A DNA stretch of 64,000 nucleotides, from the NCBI GenBank assembly GCA_030704615.1, contig CM060734.1:57908001-57972000 (forward strand), read 5' to 3'. This DNA is from Takakia lepidozioides. Its lineage: Eukaryota > Plantae > Bryophyta. The notes beneath the pieces were generated by a model. That model did no database searches and had not been told where the DNA came from. It worked only from the letters and a program-made list of their open reading frames with translations. The number at the start of each line of letters is the position of its first letter. The stretch's first letter is position 1. The position numbers were made by a program, and so were the translations under genes. Below, piece by piece: positions 51,147-63,997 of the stretch.

Positions 51147-53145
51147 GTAGCTACCTGTATATAGGGTTATCCCAGGTATCAACCTGGTATGAGAGAACCT
51201 ACCAGGCGGATACGTGTCGGCCGCAAAACCTAGGGTAGACCAGTACTATCCTAATATATCCCCTTTGCTACCAGGCTCATAATCAGACCCTTTCAGAAGC
51301 CATAGCTTGATACCAGTACTCTAGACACGGATTGCCCAGTTTTTCCTCTGGAATCCTAGGTAGGGTTTTGCTTCATGCACAAGCACATTATGGTGCATGT
51401 TGACTGCGCGCATAGGGATATCTTGTAGTTAGGGTGCAGTGTTTTTTGGCTTTGGGGGGTTGTTTAATTGCAGGTGCGATTATAGCCGTAGCGGCGGGGT
51501 AGGGAGGCAAAATCTAGCTGATATTATATACCAGGGTTGATATGTCCCTGGTGTTATCTTCCACAATACCCTGATATTCATACCATCTGGAGGGTTTTGA
51601 AAAAAAACAATACCTATACTTACACTTATACCTGCTTTGGACCTTGACCATACCTACCTAGGACCATACCAGCCTGAAGAAAGAAGGGGCCTCTCAAGAC
51701 CAGGACCAGGTTGGTATAAAATAATTCCAATACCAGTACAACACTGGTAGCTACCAGCTGAGAATTCTTTGCGCCATAAATGTGATGTTTTTTTACTGTG
51801 AGACATGGGAAGGAAGGACATCCAAAAGACCTCGGGAATTAGCAGTTTGTTTCTCCTGTATTCGCTCGGTTGTGATCCATTCTTTGCCGTCGGCAAGCGG
51901 ATCTCATAATCTGGCCAAGATTATCGGACGATATCGGTTTGGAGTACCCATGGAAAAAGATGCAAGCCACAAATAAAAGAAATCCAAGATTTGAACTTGC
52001 ACTAACTGATGATTGTAGAGGCATTAATTACCATGGCGCAAACATCTTTGACTGCTCTGAAGATTGATGCCAAGTTGGACAACAATTTATATAAGGGTCC
52101 CAAATCCTTTGAGGGCCGGTTGATCGGGAAGGTCAGAAAGACGAAGGCGAATGGCCCAGCCAATGGGGAGGGGCGGGCTGGGCTGCTGGACCGCCGAATG
52201 ATGAGGGCAGGTGTAGATAGTTGCGTAGAAATAGCAAAAGGGTGTGCAAAGTCTAGACGCCTCAAGAAGAACGACGAGGAGGTGTGCTTTGGAACATTCG
52301 AGAACTACCTACGATCTGACGACGACTGCTCTAGGACGAGTGAGAGCAGCCGCTGCTCGAGAACGTCAAAGCGAGCACCCCTTTAAGATATCTGCTTCAA
52401 TCAATCCTTCTGTGCTTGAAGCTGCATAGTATAAGTAGATCAACACTGCGGGTTGTGCTTCACTTCTAGTTGTGATGACAGCTTGCTAGGCTCTCAATCA
52501 AAATGACCTCCTTTGAGCATCCTTGTTGAAACTCCAGTTGATCTCCTTTAGTAGATTAAGGCTGTTTTTGGGGATTGAGTCAATCGGCTTAGGCTTGCTG
52601 GTGAGTGCAACTAAGCTAATGGCATTCTCAAAGGCTTACGCCTCTTGTAGAGAGACATCTGACGGTCTTTTCTACAATGTATGCACCATGCAACCTACAC
52701 TACGATACAAGCTGGGCTTTTCGACTCTGTATTTGACTCATTTTTGAGTCGTTTGCGACATTTTTACTCCCAGCCTCCACAGTCGAACATGCGTGACAAA
52801 GGTCAAGTCGTTTCAGTCAAGCAGTCGAATCCAGATGCCAGGTTCTGATAGTGAAATGTGACAGTAAAACCTAGGGGGGTGACGTGTAGGCAGCACAGTA
52901 TGATGTGGATGCGACGTGGCTATGACGTGGCTATGACATGGCTATGACGTGTAGTAAATTGGTTTAACTGAATTATAAGGTGGATGCATGACGTGTAATG
53001 AGTGGCTTAAGGGCAGAGTGACGTGTAGTAAAGTGGTTTAACTGAAGAGAAACATATTGACTATGTTTCATGATGTTTAGTATACGGTTTGACTGTAAAT
53101 CAGTGATAGTGAGTTTGCTTGACTTTGTATATCGTAATATTCTAC

Positions 53146-53215
53146 TGTAGCCCAGTGGTTGGGTGTTTGTGCCTTGCCTGTGCATGATCCTGGGTTCAAT
53201 CCTTCAACATGTGCC
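53146..53215 (+). mobile_element. tRNA-derived SINE-like remnant
   Basis: TAGCCCAGTGG (A-box) and GGTTCAATCC (B-box) at typical spacing. No intact cloverleaf. Confidence 0.5.
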
Positions 53216-53919
53216 TTCAGACCGTCCATTGGGCCCTCGTGTTGAGCAGTAGGCTCTGTAAATTCACTGGACGTTAAAGAATCTTTATCTTTTTTATCCT
53301 ACTGTGAAGCAGTAAAAGAGGACACATTTTAGTAAATGTGTTTCACTCTGGAGGTGTATATACATATATACATATAAATATAAAAATACATACATATATA
53401 TTTATATTTATATTTATATACAATATATATATATGAATTGGGAGGCTTTTTATTTAATATTTGGTTTTTTTTTGTTTATTACTGTTATTTCGTTTTTTTC
53501 ATTTACTTTTAGTTTATATCTGTACGTATGTGAATTAGTGGATATTGTATTTAAATCTTTTGATTCGCTGCACTGCATTGAAAATATATTACAAATACAA
53601 CAAAACATAGAATACAAATACAGGTCGGAACCAAAAACATTTGTATGGCTCAAAACTGGTTTATATCAACAGTGTTTTGCAAAACAAGTTTTGGCCACAT
53701 TCTACAAATGACCAACATGAGGGCCATGTTGCCATATCCATGGATCACTGCCCAACTGAAGTCATTGGGTAAGGATAATCTGTTGTGCAGCTAGGTCCAG
53801 CACTATCGTGGACATGTCAAGAGAACATTAGAAATCATTTTGAGAATGAATTCAGGTAGTTCCAGAGAATGGTGGTGCCAGCTACCTTGTCACCCAAAGT
53901 GACATCCACTTCCAGGGCT

Positions 53920-56080
53920 GCCTTGAAATACATATCCACCAAGGCAGTGTTTAGAGTGACAACTCCAGCTTTGACGATGTCATCATGGACCTTTGTGCCC
54001 TTTTGAGGGCTGCCAGGCCCACATTTGACATAGATGTACACCAGGGGAATGTTCAGAATGACATCTGGTACAATTCCAGCTTGGATAATGTGACCATAAA
54101 CCTCTTTGCCCCTTCCCAGGCCCTTCCCAGGGCTGCTAGGCTCGCATATGCATATTACAAAAACAAATGAACATGACGGCCTGGTCTGGCTCTATCCCTT
54201 CCCACATCATTTGCTCTTATGTTTCCAAAGCATTAATCCCATACCCATGCTGCACATACCTTGCAATCATGGCACTCCAAAATACCACAACTCGTTCAGC
54301 CATATTGTCAAACTCTCCCTTCACATCAGGCTTGCTGCACCCACATTTGGCATACATGTCCACCAAGGCAGAGTTCAGAATGACAATTTCCCCTTTAACG
54401 ATCGGCATAAGCAAGGGGAAGGAGACAGCAGAGCTGCTGCTCTCTCCCAGCGCCAAAAAAACCAAAAGAAAAAAAAATGGAGGGGCTGAGAGAGCCGCCA
54501 TGGCTGTGAAGTACCAGTATGCTGCAACGTGATGTGGTTGGGCTTCACCCCTTCCCCCATCAATATTTGATCATAGGTCTCCAAAGCCTCCATACCATGT
54601 CCCTGCTGTGCATACCCTGCAAGCATCCCCCATTCACAATCTCCAAAGCCTCCCTGCCAACCCAGTATATAAACAGAGTACACATAAGTTCCTTGCTTTG
54701 CATCCTCAATGCACCCACATTGGGCATACATGTCCACCAGGGCTTCAGAATGACATCTGGTACAATTCCAGCTTTGACAATGTCAACATAGACCTCTTTG
54801 GGACCTTTTCCAGGGCTGCCAGGCTTGCATAAGCATTGCAATCACACAAAAACGTGATGTGGTTGGGGCTTCACATCTTCCCCCATCATTTGATCATAGG
54901 TCTCCAAATCCACCATCCCACGCCCTGCTCTGCATACCCTGCGATGCTTGTGAGTGTGTACCTGCTTTCCAGCTTCCAGACCTTTTTGGCGTGAATCCAC
55001 ATCATTTGTTGGCACTAGGAAAGGGTTGAGACTGAGCTGCTCAACTACTCCCTGGTCTTACATAGTGGGTTTACATAGTGTGCCAAGCACAACATCTGGA
55101 GCCAAAGCCTCCATCCAGTGCCCCTGCTGTGCATACCCTGCAAGCATCGAGTTCTACGACACCACATCAGCTCTGACAATGTTGCCATGGGCCTCTTTGC
55201 CCTTTTCCAGGGCTGCCAGGCTTGCACACGCACTGCAACCGCACACAAACGTGATGTGGTCGGGCTTCACCCCTTCCCCCATCATTTGATCATAGGTCTC
55301 CAAAGCCACCATCCCACGTCCCTGCTATGCATACCCTGTAAGCATCGCGTGCCACGACACCACATCTCGTTCAGCCATAGTGTTGAAAACTGCCTTTGCA
55401 TCCTTAATGCACTTACATTTGGCATACATGTCGACCAGGGCAGTGTTCAGAATGACATCTGGTACAATTCCAGCTTTCACGATGTCATCATGGACCTCTT
55501 TCCCCTTTTCCAGGGCTCCCAGGCTTGCACACGAATTGCAAACACAAACGACCGTGATGTGCAACATTTGCTCATAGGTCTCCAAAGCATTCCTACCACA
55601 CCCATGCTTGGTAAATCCTGCCAACATTATATTCCACGTGATCAAAGATGGTCGAGGCATTCTGTGGAAAACCTGGTGAGCATCCATGATGCTCCCACAC
55701 TTAACATACATGTTGACAAGGGTGTTGAGTAGAAAAACATTTGGCGTTAATCACTCTGGATAATGTGAGTGTGCACCTGTTTCCAGCTTCCAGACCTTTC
55801 ATCTTGATGCACTTAAGCAAGAGACAGACAGACGTATCTGAATCTGCTGAAATGCCTTGTTAGTTTAAAGTTGTAGAGCCTCTGTCAGTCTGCCTGCCTC
55901 ACAAAGCATCTTCACATGCCCAGCAGAAGAGGCATTGTGGACTCCCTCTGCAGGTTTCTTGTAGCTATTGATACATGGAATCATAGGTAATCTGGAGCTT
56001 GAAGTCCAGTCCTCTTGGATGAACCTGGACCCACACTCTATCCCTGCTCCTTCAGCTATCCATGCCTCTGCACAAATCAT
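53920..56080 (-). pseudogene. PLS-class PPR pseudogene, paralog of the 18500-21030 region
   Basis: N-terminus MICAEAWIAEGAGIECGSRFIQE vs MICAEAWIVEGAAIDCGSRFIQE at 21032. Repeats LEKGKEVHDDIVKAGIVPDVILNTALVDMYAKC. Many frameshifts. Confidence 0.88.
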
Positions 56081-56699
56081 GCATACTGCATCCTTGCCTT
56101 GCTGCTAGCACCTGAAAATGACAGCCTAGATTTGTTCTAGGAAACACCTAACTCAACTTATCACACTAATTCCTATGGTCAATTGCATCTGCTACTCTTT
56201 GTAATCCAACAAGCATTCACCTTTTTGCCTCGATTGTCCCGCCATCGCCTGGGGTCAGAAAAGTATCAGAATTCAACATGAAAATTTAGGGCCAATTCTG
56301 ATAAGAGGGAAAAACAGGGTGAAATCTGTACTATCTACCCATGCAGGTTTCGTGTAGCTATCCTTCCACAGGGAATCATAGGTAATCTGGAGCTTGAAAT
56401 TCGGCCCTCTTGGATGAATCTGGACCCACACTCTATCCCTGCTCCTTCAGCTATCCAGACCTCTGCACAAATCATGCACACATCCTTGCCTTGCTGCAGC
56501 TAGCAGCTGAAGCAGCTGACACTGACGCCCTAACCCTACCTACAGTAACATGTCAAAATCACTCCAAAACCACCATAGATCCACCATCGAGCTTCTCCTA
56601 ATCTATGTTATCTGTTTTTGGATACTTTCCTGCTGCCACATTGGCAGTAACTTGTAAAAGTCACTCCTAACCACCACAGATCCACCCAACGAGCTTACT

Positions 56700-57970
56700 T
56701 ACAGAATTCAATATGCATCTCAGGGCCGAGTCTGATGAGAGGGTAAAACAGGCAGAAATAGGTTGAAGAAGAAGGTGCCATCACCACATTGTCGACCTTG
56801 ACCTTGTGTCATGACCCATGGAGGATTTGACAGATCATCAACCCAAAGATCCTCTTGTGTGTGCTGCTTGTGTCCATCGTCAGGAACTGTCGGATTGGTT
56901 TGTGAGAACCACCACGGTGCAGCTGAGCAGAGATTGAAACACGGCCTGCTAAGACCAAGCTCTCTCCCAAGAACCTGTAAACATCAGGAAGAATACCAAA
57001 TCATGGTACTAACAGGAGCCAACAGCCCACATTTACATGATGGACAAACTTCTTCACAACGTACATTAAGAAAATGCCACACCTTGCGATTGCGGTTGCC
57101 GCACCATCGTGAAGGATCTTTAAAAAACTCATGCCTGCTCTGCTCCGTGCTGCAAATTCAGGGCCGAGTCTGATGAGCGGGCAAAACAGGCTGAAAGACG
57201 TCGAAGAAGGTGCCCTCACCACATTGTCCTCGACCTTGTGTCATGACCCATCGAGGATTTGACTGACCACCTCTTGTGTGTGCTGCTTGTGTCTGTAGTC
57301 AGGTAATGTCGGATTGGTCTGCGAGAGGATTGGTCTGCGAGAACCACCACGATGCAGCTGAGCGGGCGGAGATTGAAACACGGCCTGCTAAGACCAAGCC
57401 AACTCTCCCAAGAACGTTGTAAACATCAGGAAGAATACCAAATCATGGTACTAAGAGCCCACATTTGCAGGATGGACAAACATCTTCACATCGTACATTA
57501 AGAAAAGCCACATCTTGCGATTGCGGTTGTCCACCCAAGCTATGCATATCCTGCAGATCCTCCCACGCCAACACAGCAAAACGATCAAGTCCCATAACTT
57601 ACTCATCGCTGAACGCAATCCCGCAACCCTAAATCCATTTTGAATTATTTGGATGAATGTATCGTAGATGGATGGATTTTTGGTTTTCCATCAATCTATC
57701 CATCCATCCATTTAATTTTCCGTTCATCCAATAGTTGCCAGCAAGGCGTTTGCTTTATCGTTCATACATATGTTCATCCAATGCACACAAATTATATTTC
57801 ATACGTTCATCCAACAGCTGCCAGCAAGGCGTTTGTTTATCATTCCTTCAGATAATTCAGTTGTTCTGTTTCACTAACCTTTCATACGTTGTTCATCCAA
57901 TAGCTGCCAGCAAGGCGTTTGTTTATCATTCGTTCAGATAATTCAGTTGTTTTGTTTCACTAACCTTAAC
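56700..57970. repeat. Local tandem duplications (56720-57110 similar to 57160-57530; ~95-bp units at 57720-57965), partly shared with 21870-21985
   Basis: GAAGAATACCAAATCATGGTACTAA occurs at ~21882, 56989 and 57430. TTCATCCAA(T/C)AG(C/T)TGCCAGCAAGGCGTTTG occurs three times. Confidence 0.75.
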
Positions 57971-58129
57971 CAGCACACGATTAGTTTACTATTCATGTGC
58001 TGGGTCAGTGAAAAAATAGTTAAATGTTTTTACTTCTTATTATCCACGTATATATTGCTATATATAGTTTATATATTGTGATTACACATGTCATTGCTTA
58101 ACTGGTTGTCTCAGTCAGCTCATTTTAGG

Positions 58130-58285
58130 TAGTCAAAATCTCTCACTACAGTCAAAATTTTCACGGTTGTCTAGCACCTCGAATATTTTAATTAAATTTT
58201 GACTGCAAAATGGTTGGAACAGTCGAAAGTGACAACAGTCAACGCCAGCGTCAAACTAAATCGTTGAAATTAGTGTGTTGTAGTG
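58130..58285. mobile_element. Possible CACTA right terminus
   Basis: Ends ...GTGTTGTAGTG (reverse complement CACTACAACAC), preceded by GTCAA/TTGAC subterminal motifs. No partner end identified. Confidence 0.35.
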
Positions 58286-58741
58286 CTAAGATTTTCCAAT
58301 GTTCACAAGAGTTTTCTAATCGAAGAGTCTATCCAAAGAATGGAAGTCCCCATTTAGAAATAGACGATCACGAGTTTAAATGGGGATAGAAGAGAGAGAG
58401 AGAGAAGACTCCGGCCGAAGTTGCATTCTTGGAGCTCTGGTATTTTTGCAGCTGTTGGTGCTCTCCTTCTTTGCTCATAGTTGTTTTTTAAGATAAATTT
58501 GGGATGGTTCCCCTTTGGTGGCATAATAAGGCCTTGACCTTGTCACTAGACAATGAATCCCAAAATATTGACATAAATTTGTTGAAAATGTTTACAACGA
58601 GATACATATTTATTCAAAAATATATTTTATTTGGGCTCTAGATTCAAATTATATCATTGCTTTTACTCACTAAGTTCTTAGCACTTAAGAATGTCAAATG
58701 GGTTATCTTTGAATAAACATTTCACATATCTAACCAAAATT

Positions 58742-58960
58742 GGGGGGATGCTGAAGCGTGAGCATGTGAGCGCAGCCACGCTCACGCCACGTCAGCAGTT
58801 CTTGCCACCTAGGCGGCCGCGTCTGACTCCACGTCATCACACCCTGCCAGCTTGGTAGACGCCACGTCACGGCAGGTTGACGTCATTTACATGGGCAGCG
58901 ACCTATAATCGCGGGCCGAAAAGGTGGAAAGGGGCCATAGCCGCGGAATTGCGCATTCGG
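58742..58960. repeat. Putative terminal region of the second ParB-MTase element
   Basis: Abrupt switch from AT-rich to GC-rich DNA at GGGGGGATGCTGAAGCGTGAGC. CCACGCTCACGCCACGTCAG and GGGGCCATAGCCGCGG resemble 24430-24670. Confidence 0.5.
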
Positions 58961-59922
58961 CACAAAGGGAACATATGTGGGCGATGTTGTTGAATGATTG
59001 TGTTTGCAGAGACCGAATATAAAATGGTTGTGGATGAATTCATGAGGATGATAGACAGTGAATGTGGATGCCACGCTGCAAATGTGAATGAATGTGGATG
59101 AAATCTAATGGATGAATGAGAGTGGATGAATGTGCAATGAGAAAATCCCTCATGAAGCACATGATAAGATTTAACCAATGTCTGCCATTTGGGGAAAGGT
59201 GGACCGATGAAACCTATGTAGAATAAGACAACACAGCAGATGCCAGGCACATATTCCATTCTTTGATATTTTCCCACTGGTTACTGGAGCATTTTCCATG
59301 TGCAGCACGCTTCACTTTTGTTTTCCACTTCAGTGTCGACACGTAGTGAGCCATTTGAGCACCACACTGGAGGAACGCACCATATCACCACACTGAAGTG
59401 GTTGTGGACTGTCAATGCGACCTGGTCGCCTTGCTAGTGAGGTACAATGTGCCAATATCTCTGGATAGAGCACCAACATTTTCAAGCCTATTCATTAGTT
59501 GTAAGCATACCCATTAAAGTTGTGCATGACAAGTTCGAGGTCTTTCACATTGTGCAGCAAAATTTTGACGAAACCACTTGGCAGCACATGCGTACTCTTC
59601 CTGTTTGACCCATAACCAATGTTAGGCATCAGTGTCGTGCCCTTCATCTAGCGCTGAAGCCGATAGTGCATACATACTGCAGCCATAAGGCTTGCACCTA
59701 AAACGTTTGCTTATGCAAAATGACATAGTGATGCGAAATGAAGACATAAATACAGACAAAAGTCATATTTGCAAATGCATACAAGCCTTGAAATTGAGGA
59801 ACGAGCGTTCAACGACATTATCAGGCATGTATACAGGCATTGTATTACATAAATGTGTGGGAATACAATAGGTGTGGCACTTGCCACATGCCCAGAACCA
59901 AAACCGACATTGACGCATGGTC

Positions 59923-62900
59923 TCAATCACTACAACTATCCCCTGAAACTGTGGCATTATCATCCACGAAAACCCGAGCTCCTAGGTGCATTTTCTGCTT
60001 CCGAGCACACGGGGGAGATTTGTTCAACAACTGCTGTCGAGCAATGGCCTCAGTGTACTCTGGCAGGATGTACGAACGTGGAGGGCTGCACCAGAAGTCA
60101 GACTGAAAAACACAGACGTTGTGCAAAGGAATAGCTTCCAATATCCTGACAACCAACGTGAACGCAATGCATTAGCGAACATAGAAGAAAAGGGAATGGT
60201 GGGGGGTTGTGTTCGAGAACTAAGATTCATACAAAATTTCAATTTACTCACATGTGAAATCGTCGTCCAGGTCTTTGTCGTCCCCTTCGTTGATATCCAC
60301 ATGCACTGTACCCTCCTGTTCTTGGACGACAGGGCTGGCCCTTGCAAGCCTGCAATGATGTCATTGAAACCTTCCATACCAAACAAATGCCTGCCCCCAG
60401 CCTTGCAAGCATGGTACGAAGTGCCTGCAAGACGCTGTACTATTAGCAAGATATAACAAACTTTGCGACAAGAGAGAACACCAGAGATTAGTCGGGGTCT
60501 AACTTGTCCCAAGAGTGAGGTCCACGATGCGCGACCCTGGATGAGAGCATGTCTCTATAATTGTTTGAATAAAAGTTGGGCTCTTCTCCTTCGCCCCTCT
60601 CCATGGTGTGGAATTGAACTTTCTCAAACACACATTAGAATCCACGTAGTTGTAGTGAATGTCGTCCACCACAGGATCAAACCTGTCATTGATAAAACAG
60701 CCTCCCCCATGAAGCTTGAATTCCTTCACTGACGCAGGAGTGGAAGCTGGGCGAATCCTGACGAGGCACGCGGCTTCAAAAAGGCGGGTCTGCTCAAAAA
60801 GACATCACGAATCACATAAGATATTATTCAAAATCCCACAAAGATGAGAGCGATTGCACCCATCCGGAATTGAGTGCGTCAACGCACCCAATTCCGGAGG
60901 GGCCAAATTGCACACAAATTGAAGCAGGAAAGAGAAGAAGGATTACCATTTGTCCCGGACAGTCACCCTTTGTCAGGTACAGGCTGTTCACACCATTCCA
61001 CATTTTGATGATCTTCATCCCCGAGGCCTTCAGATAGCTTGAAATCTCCCGACGACATTTCGTAGTGATGGACTGAATCATAACCAGAACCCCTCCATCC
61101 GACAGAAAGAACTTGCAAAAAGAGAAGACCCACCACCAGTACCTTTCATCAAATGCATTCCAGGTTCGGCAAGTGCCAGTGGGGAGAATGTCTGGTACCG
61201 CCTGCCCGTCCGGAATGTCAACAATCACCATGTCTGTAGCACACGGCTTCTGAGCACCATTCACCCAATCCCGTTCCGACGAAACCTGCAAACAGTGCCG
61301 ACAAAAATTCAAAACCATATCGAAGATGGGAAATTTACAATAGTAAAGGTGGGAATTTTGCAACAGTGAAGATGGGAAATTTGCTTACCGACTCCAGAAA
61401 AGCACTCATCTTAACCCACGTTGGAGAGGGATCTCCAGTGTAACCACCTTTCCTGGTCTCCATCATGGCAAGGAAGGAGTCGTTCACAAGCTCGCATCTG
61501 CATTCTCGGTTGATTCGGGATAGGTGCTCCACTACGTCGTATGGCTCAAACTTCCCCTTGCGTTTGCGATCCTTGGTTGCAATTGCGGTCTGGGAACAAA
61601 CACCTACTGCATCATCCATTTGGGCGCTCTTCTCCTTCCCTTTGTCCTTTGTGCCCTTTCCCTTCCCCTTCCCTCTCGCCGGAGTGTTAGCGGCTGCAGG
61701 TTCCTTCTTAGCAAGGTTTCGCAGGTTTCTGTCATGCAGTTCCCTGTCTGTTAGAGGAGCCAAGGACTCCGCATCGTCATTCTGGTTCTGTGTCTGCAAC
61801 TCATACCATGGGCAATCTGATTTGGGTATGTCGAGATAACATCAGCAATCCTTGAGGTGATATCTACCGTAATCCCTGAGGATTGCTGCAGTGTACATGG
61901 TCTGGCTGTTGGAGGAGTCAGCCCACAAGTCGATGAAGCCTGGGTGCTTGTTGAGGTTGTTCCCAGGAATCATAATGTTCTGATATACCTACAAAACAAT
62001 GCAGGCACAGTATCAGAAAGTGGAGGAGAAACTACATGATGTGTGGCCCATGAAATTTGTGTGCGTCAACGCACACATTTTTGGGGGTCCAAAAAAAGTT
62101 GACAAACACGCACCTAACGGAAAAACCCCTTAATAAACGTCAGAGGACCATTGAAGATAGAGGTTAGACAACAAGAACTCATAACATGAAAAAACAACCA
62201 GATAGGCAGCGGGTCTCCAAGAAATGAACTTGCATTGAATGAGACATAGGGAAAACAGTCCAGAGATCCAACCCTCCAAAAATGCGTGCGGTGACGCACG
62301 CAATTTTGGAGGGCCATAAAGGTAAAAGGTGAACCTGCTTAGTTCAAATGACCCACCTGTACAGGACCCTTTTCATGGCTCCCTCGGCTCCGAACTGCTG
62401 CTCGAACTCTTTTATGCGGGATATGCCCCCCTCCCTGGCGAACTCTCTGTAGAACCTATTACTCCAGGCTATCGCCTTCCACTGTCTCAAGTAATCCTCC
62501 AGAGTATCTTTGGGCAAGGTCATCGTCATCTTGTAAGCATTTAGCTGCTTCTCCAGCACCTGGTTTGCACGAGCTTCAATCTATCAAGAGACGCAATCCA
62601 AAACGTTAGAGTCCATACCAGGGAAGATCCTTATGCAAATTCAAGAAAAGACAGTCCACAAGATTACCTGGCTCCAGTACGTGGCTTTGTGCAGCCATGT
62701 ATCGTTGGGTCAGAATTCCAAATCTTCAACCATTTAACTTTCTGCACGGAATCCACCACTGCAGTTGACAAGCGATGAAGCTTTTCCTGTGTCATCTCTG
62801 GCTTGGTATTGTTGTTCCAGTGGTTCCTCACCTCATTCAAGAATTGAGGCCCAAAGGCAGGGTCTGATATTTTCAGTTGTTTCACAAAGGCGCTCATGAT

Positions 62901-63997
62901 CTTCTTCCGAGTCTCATTCATCTTTAACTTCATTGCTTCAGCCACTCCCTTCGATGTTCTCATCCCCTCGAGGGTTTTGAAGTAGTACTCTGCTTTAGCC
63001 CTCTCCCCAGCCTCCGTTATCTCTTGCTGCAAAAACCAATCAAAAATCAGATAACAGAATAATTTGAATTGTACTAGAAAATGGAAGTTCTTGGTGATGA
63101 TATACTGACCGTGTACATGTATTCCATGAATGCTCCCCATGTCAGCTTGTACCATGTGTCAGACGTTTTGGAGGTCTGGCATTTCGCGAAGGTTTCTGGG
63201 CTCAGGATGCTCTTGAATGTGTTGAGGGGCATTTGGCCAATATTCTGGATCCTGAACAGGGTGTGTACCAAGTTCGTTGTAGCATAGGCGGTTTCAGTTC
63301 CCCTGCCACAAGCAGTGGTATGTCATCACATGTCTGATATGATTCCCGGATACATACATGAGGGAAAGAATCAGGTTATTTCAGGAAAGACACTTACTTG
63401 TTTACGTCATGCATTGCTGTCAAGAGCGCAGTGATGTTTCCCTTGGGATCCAGCACCATGGATGCCACACAATAGTGCCACTCCTCCTCAGTGCTATGAT
63501 ACCTTGATATCATGTTCTGCCAGGCAAGCAATGCCATCCCAGACATGGAACATCTTGCCTGATAAAGGTTGTGTAACAAGCCTCTTGCAAATAATTGATT
63601 CAAACTCGTCGTTGATGCGTCGCCATATTGGATCCCAGCCTCCAACAATGGTCTTGTCCACCAAAACTTCCCTGCCGTTGGCGTCGCCCAATGAAACGTA
63701 AAACACAGATTGACCCTCTATGTACCCATGGCAAAAATCATGTACCAGTTTTGCAATGTCATTCATGAGGGCTGGTCGGACGAACGGCATGGAGATCAAC
63801 CTGCAGAGTGGGATCATTAATTTCCCCCCAGGAACGCCCATGGCCTTGATGACTTGGGCTGAGTTCACTTTCGAGAAGGACAACAGATCTTTTGCCCTGT
63901 CTTGGTATGGCCTGCCATCGTCTTCCTCCTCAACAACAACAAGTTCGTGGTCTTCGTCTTCATCCTGCTCCAGAGGAACACCTCTCCTTTTCTTCGC
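59923..63997 (-). pseudogene. ParB/Srx-like plus beta-class N4C/N6A DNA methyltransferase-like fusion gene of a Mutator-like element (exon 1 outside the window)
   Basis: ParB exon 63997-63398, with an 8-nt deletion removing the NHR of DGNHR. MTase exons: 61285-60947 (TDMVIVDIPDG...FFLSDGGVLVMI), 60789-60504 (PWRGAKEKSPTFIQTIIETCSHPGSRIVDLTLGT), 60424-60252 (TSYHACKAGGRHLFGMEG). Last exon ~60103-59923. Confidence 0.8.

Noticed and set aside
53146-53215. Functional tRNA genes here and at 15400-15489
   Set aside because: Only A/B-box-like motifs are present, and the acceptor and anticodon stems do not pair convincingly.
59923-63997. Bacterial contamination or a restriction-modification operon
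   Set aside because: The genes are split by GT-AG introns conserved between paralogs and are embedded among plant genes. No endonuclease partner was seen.
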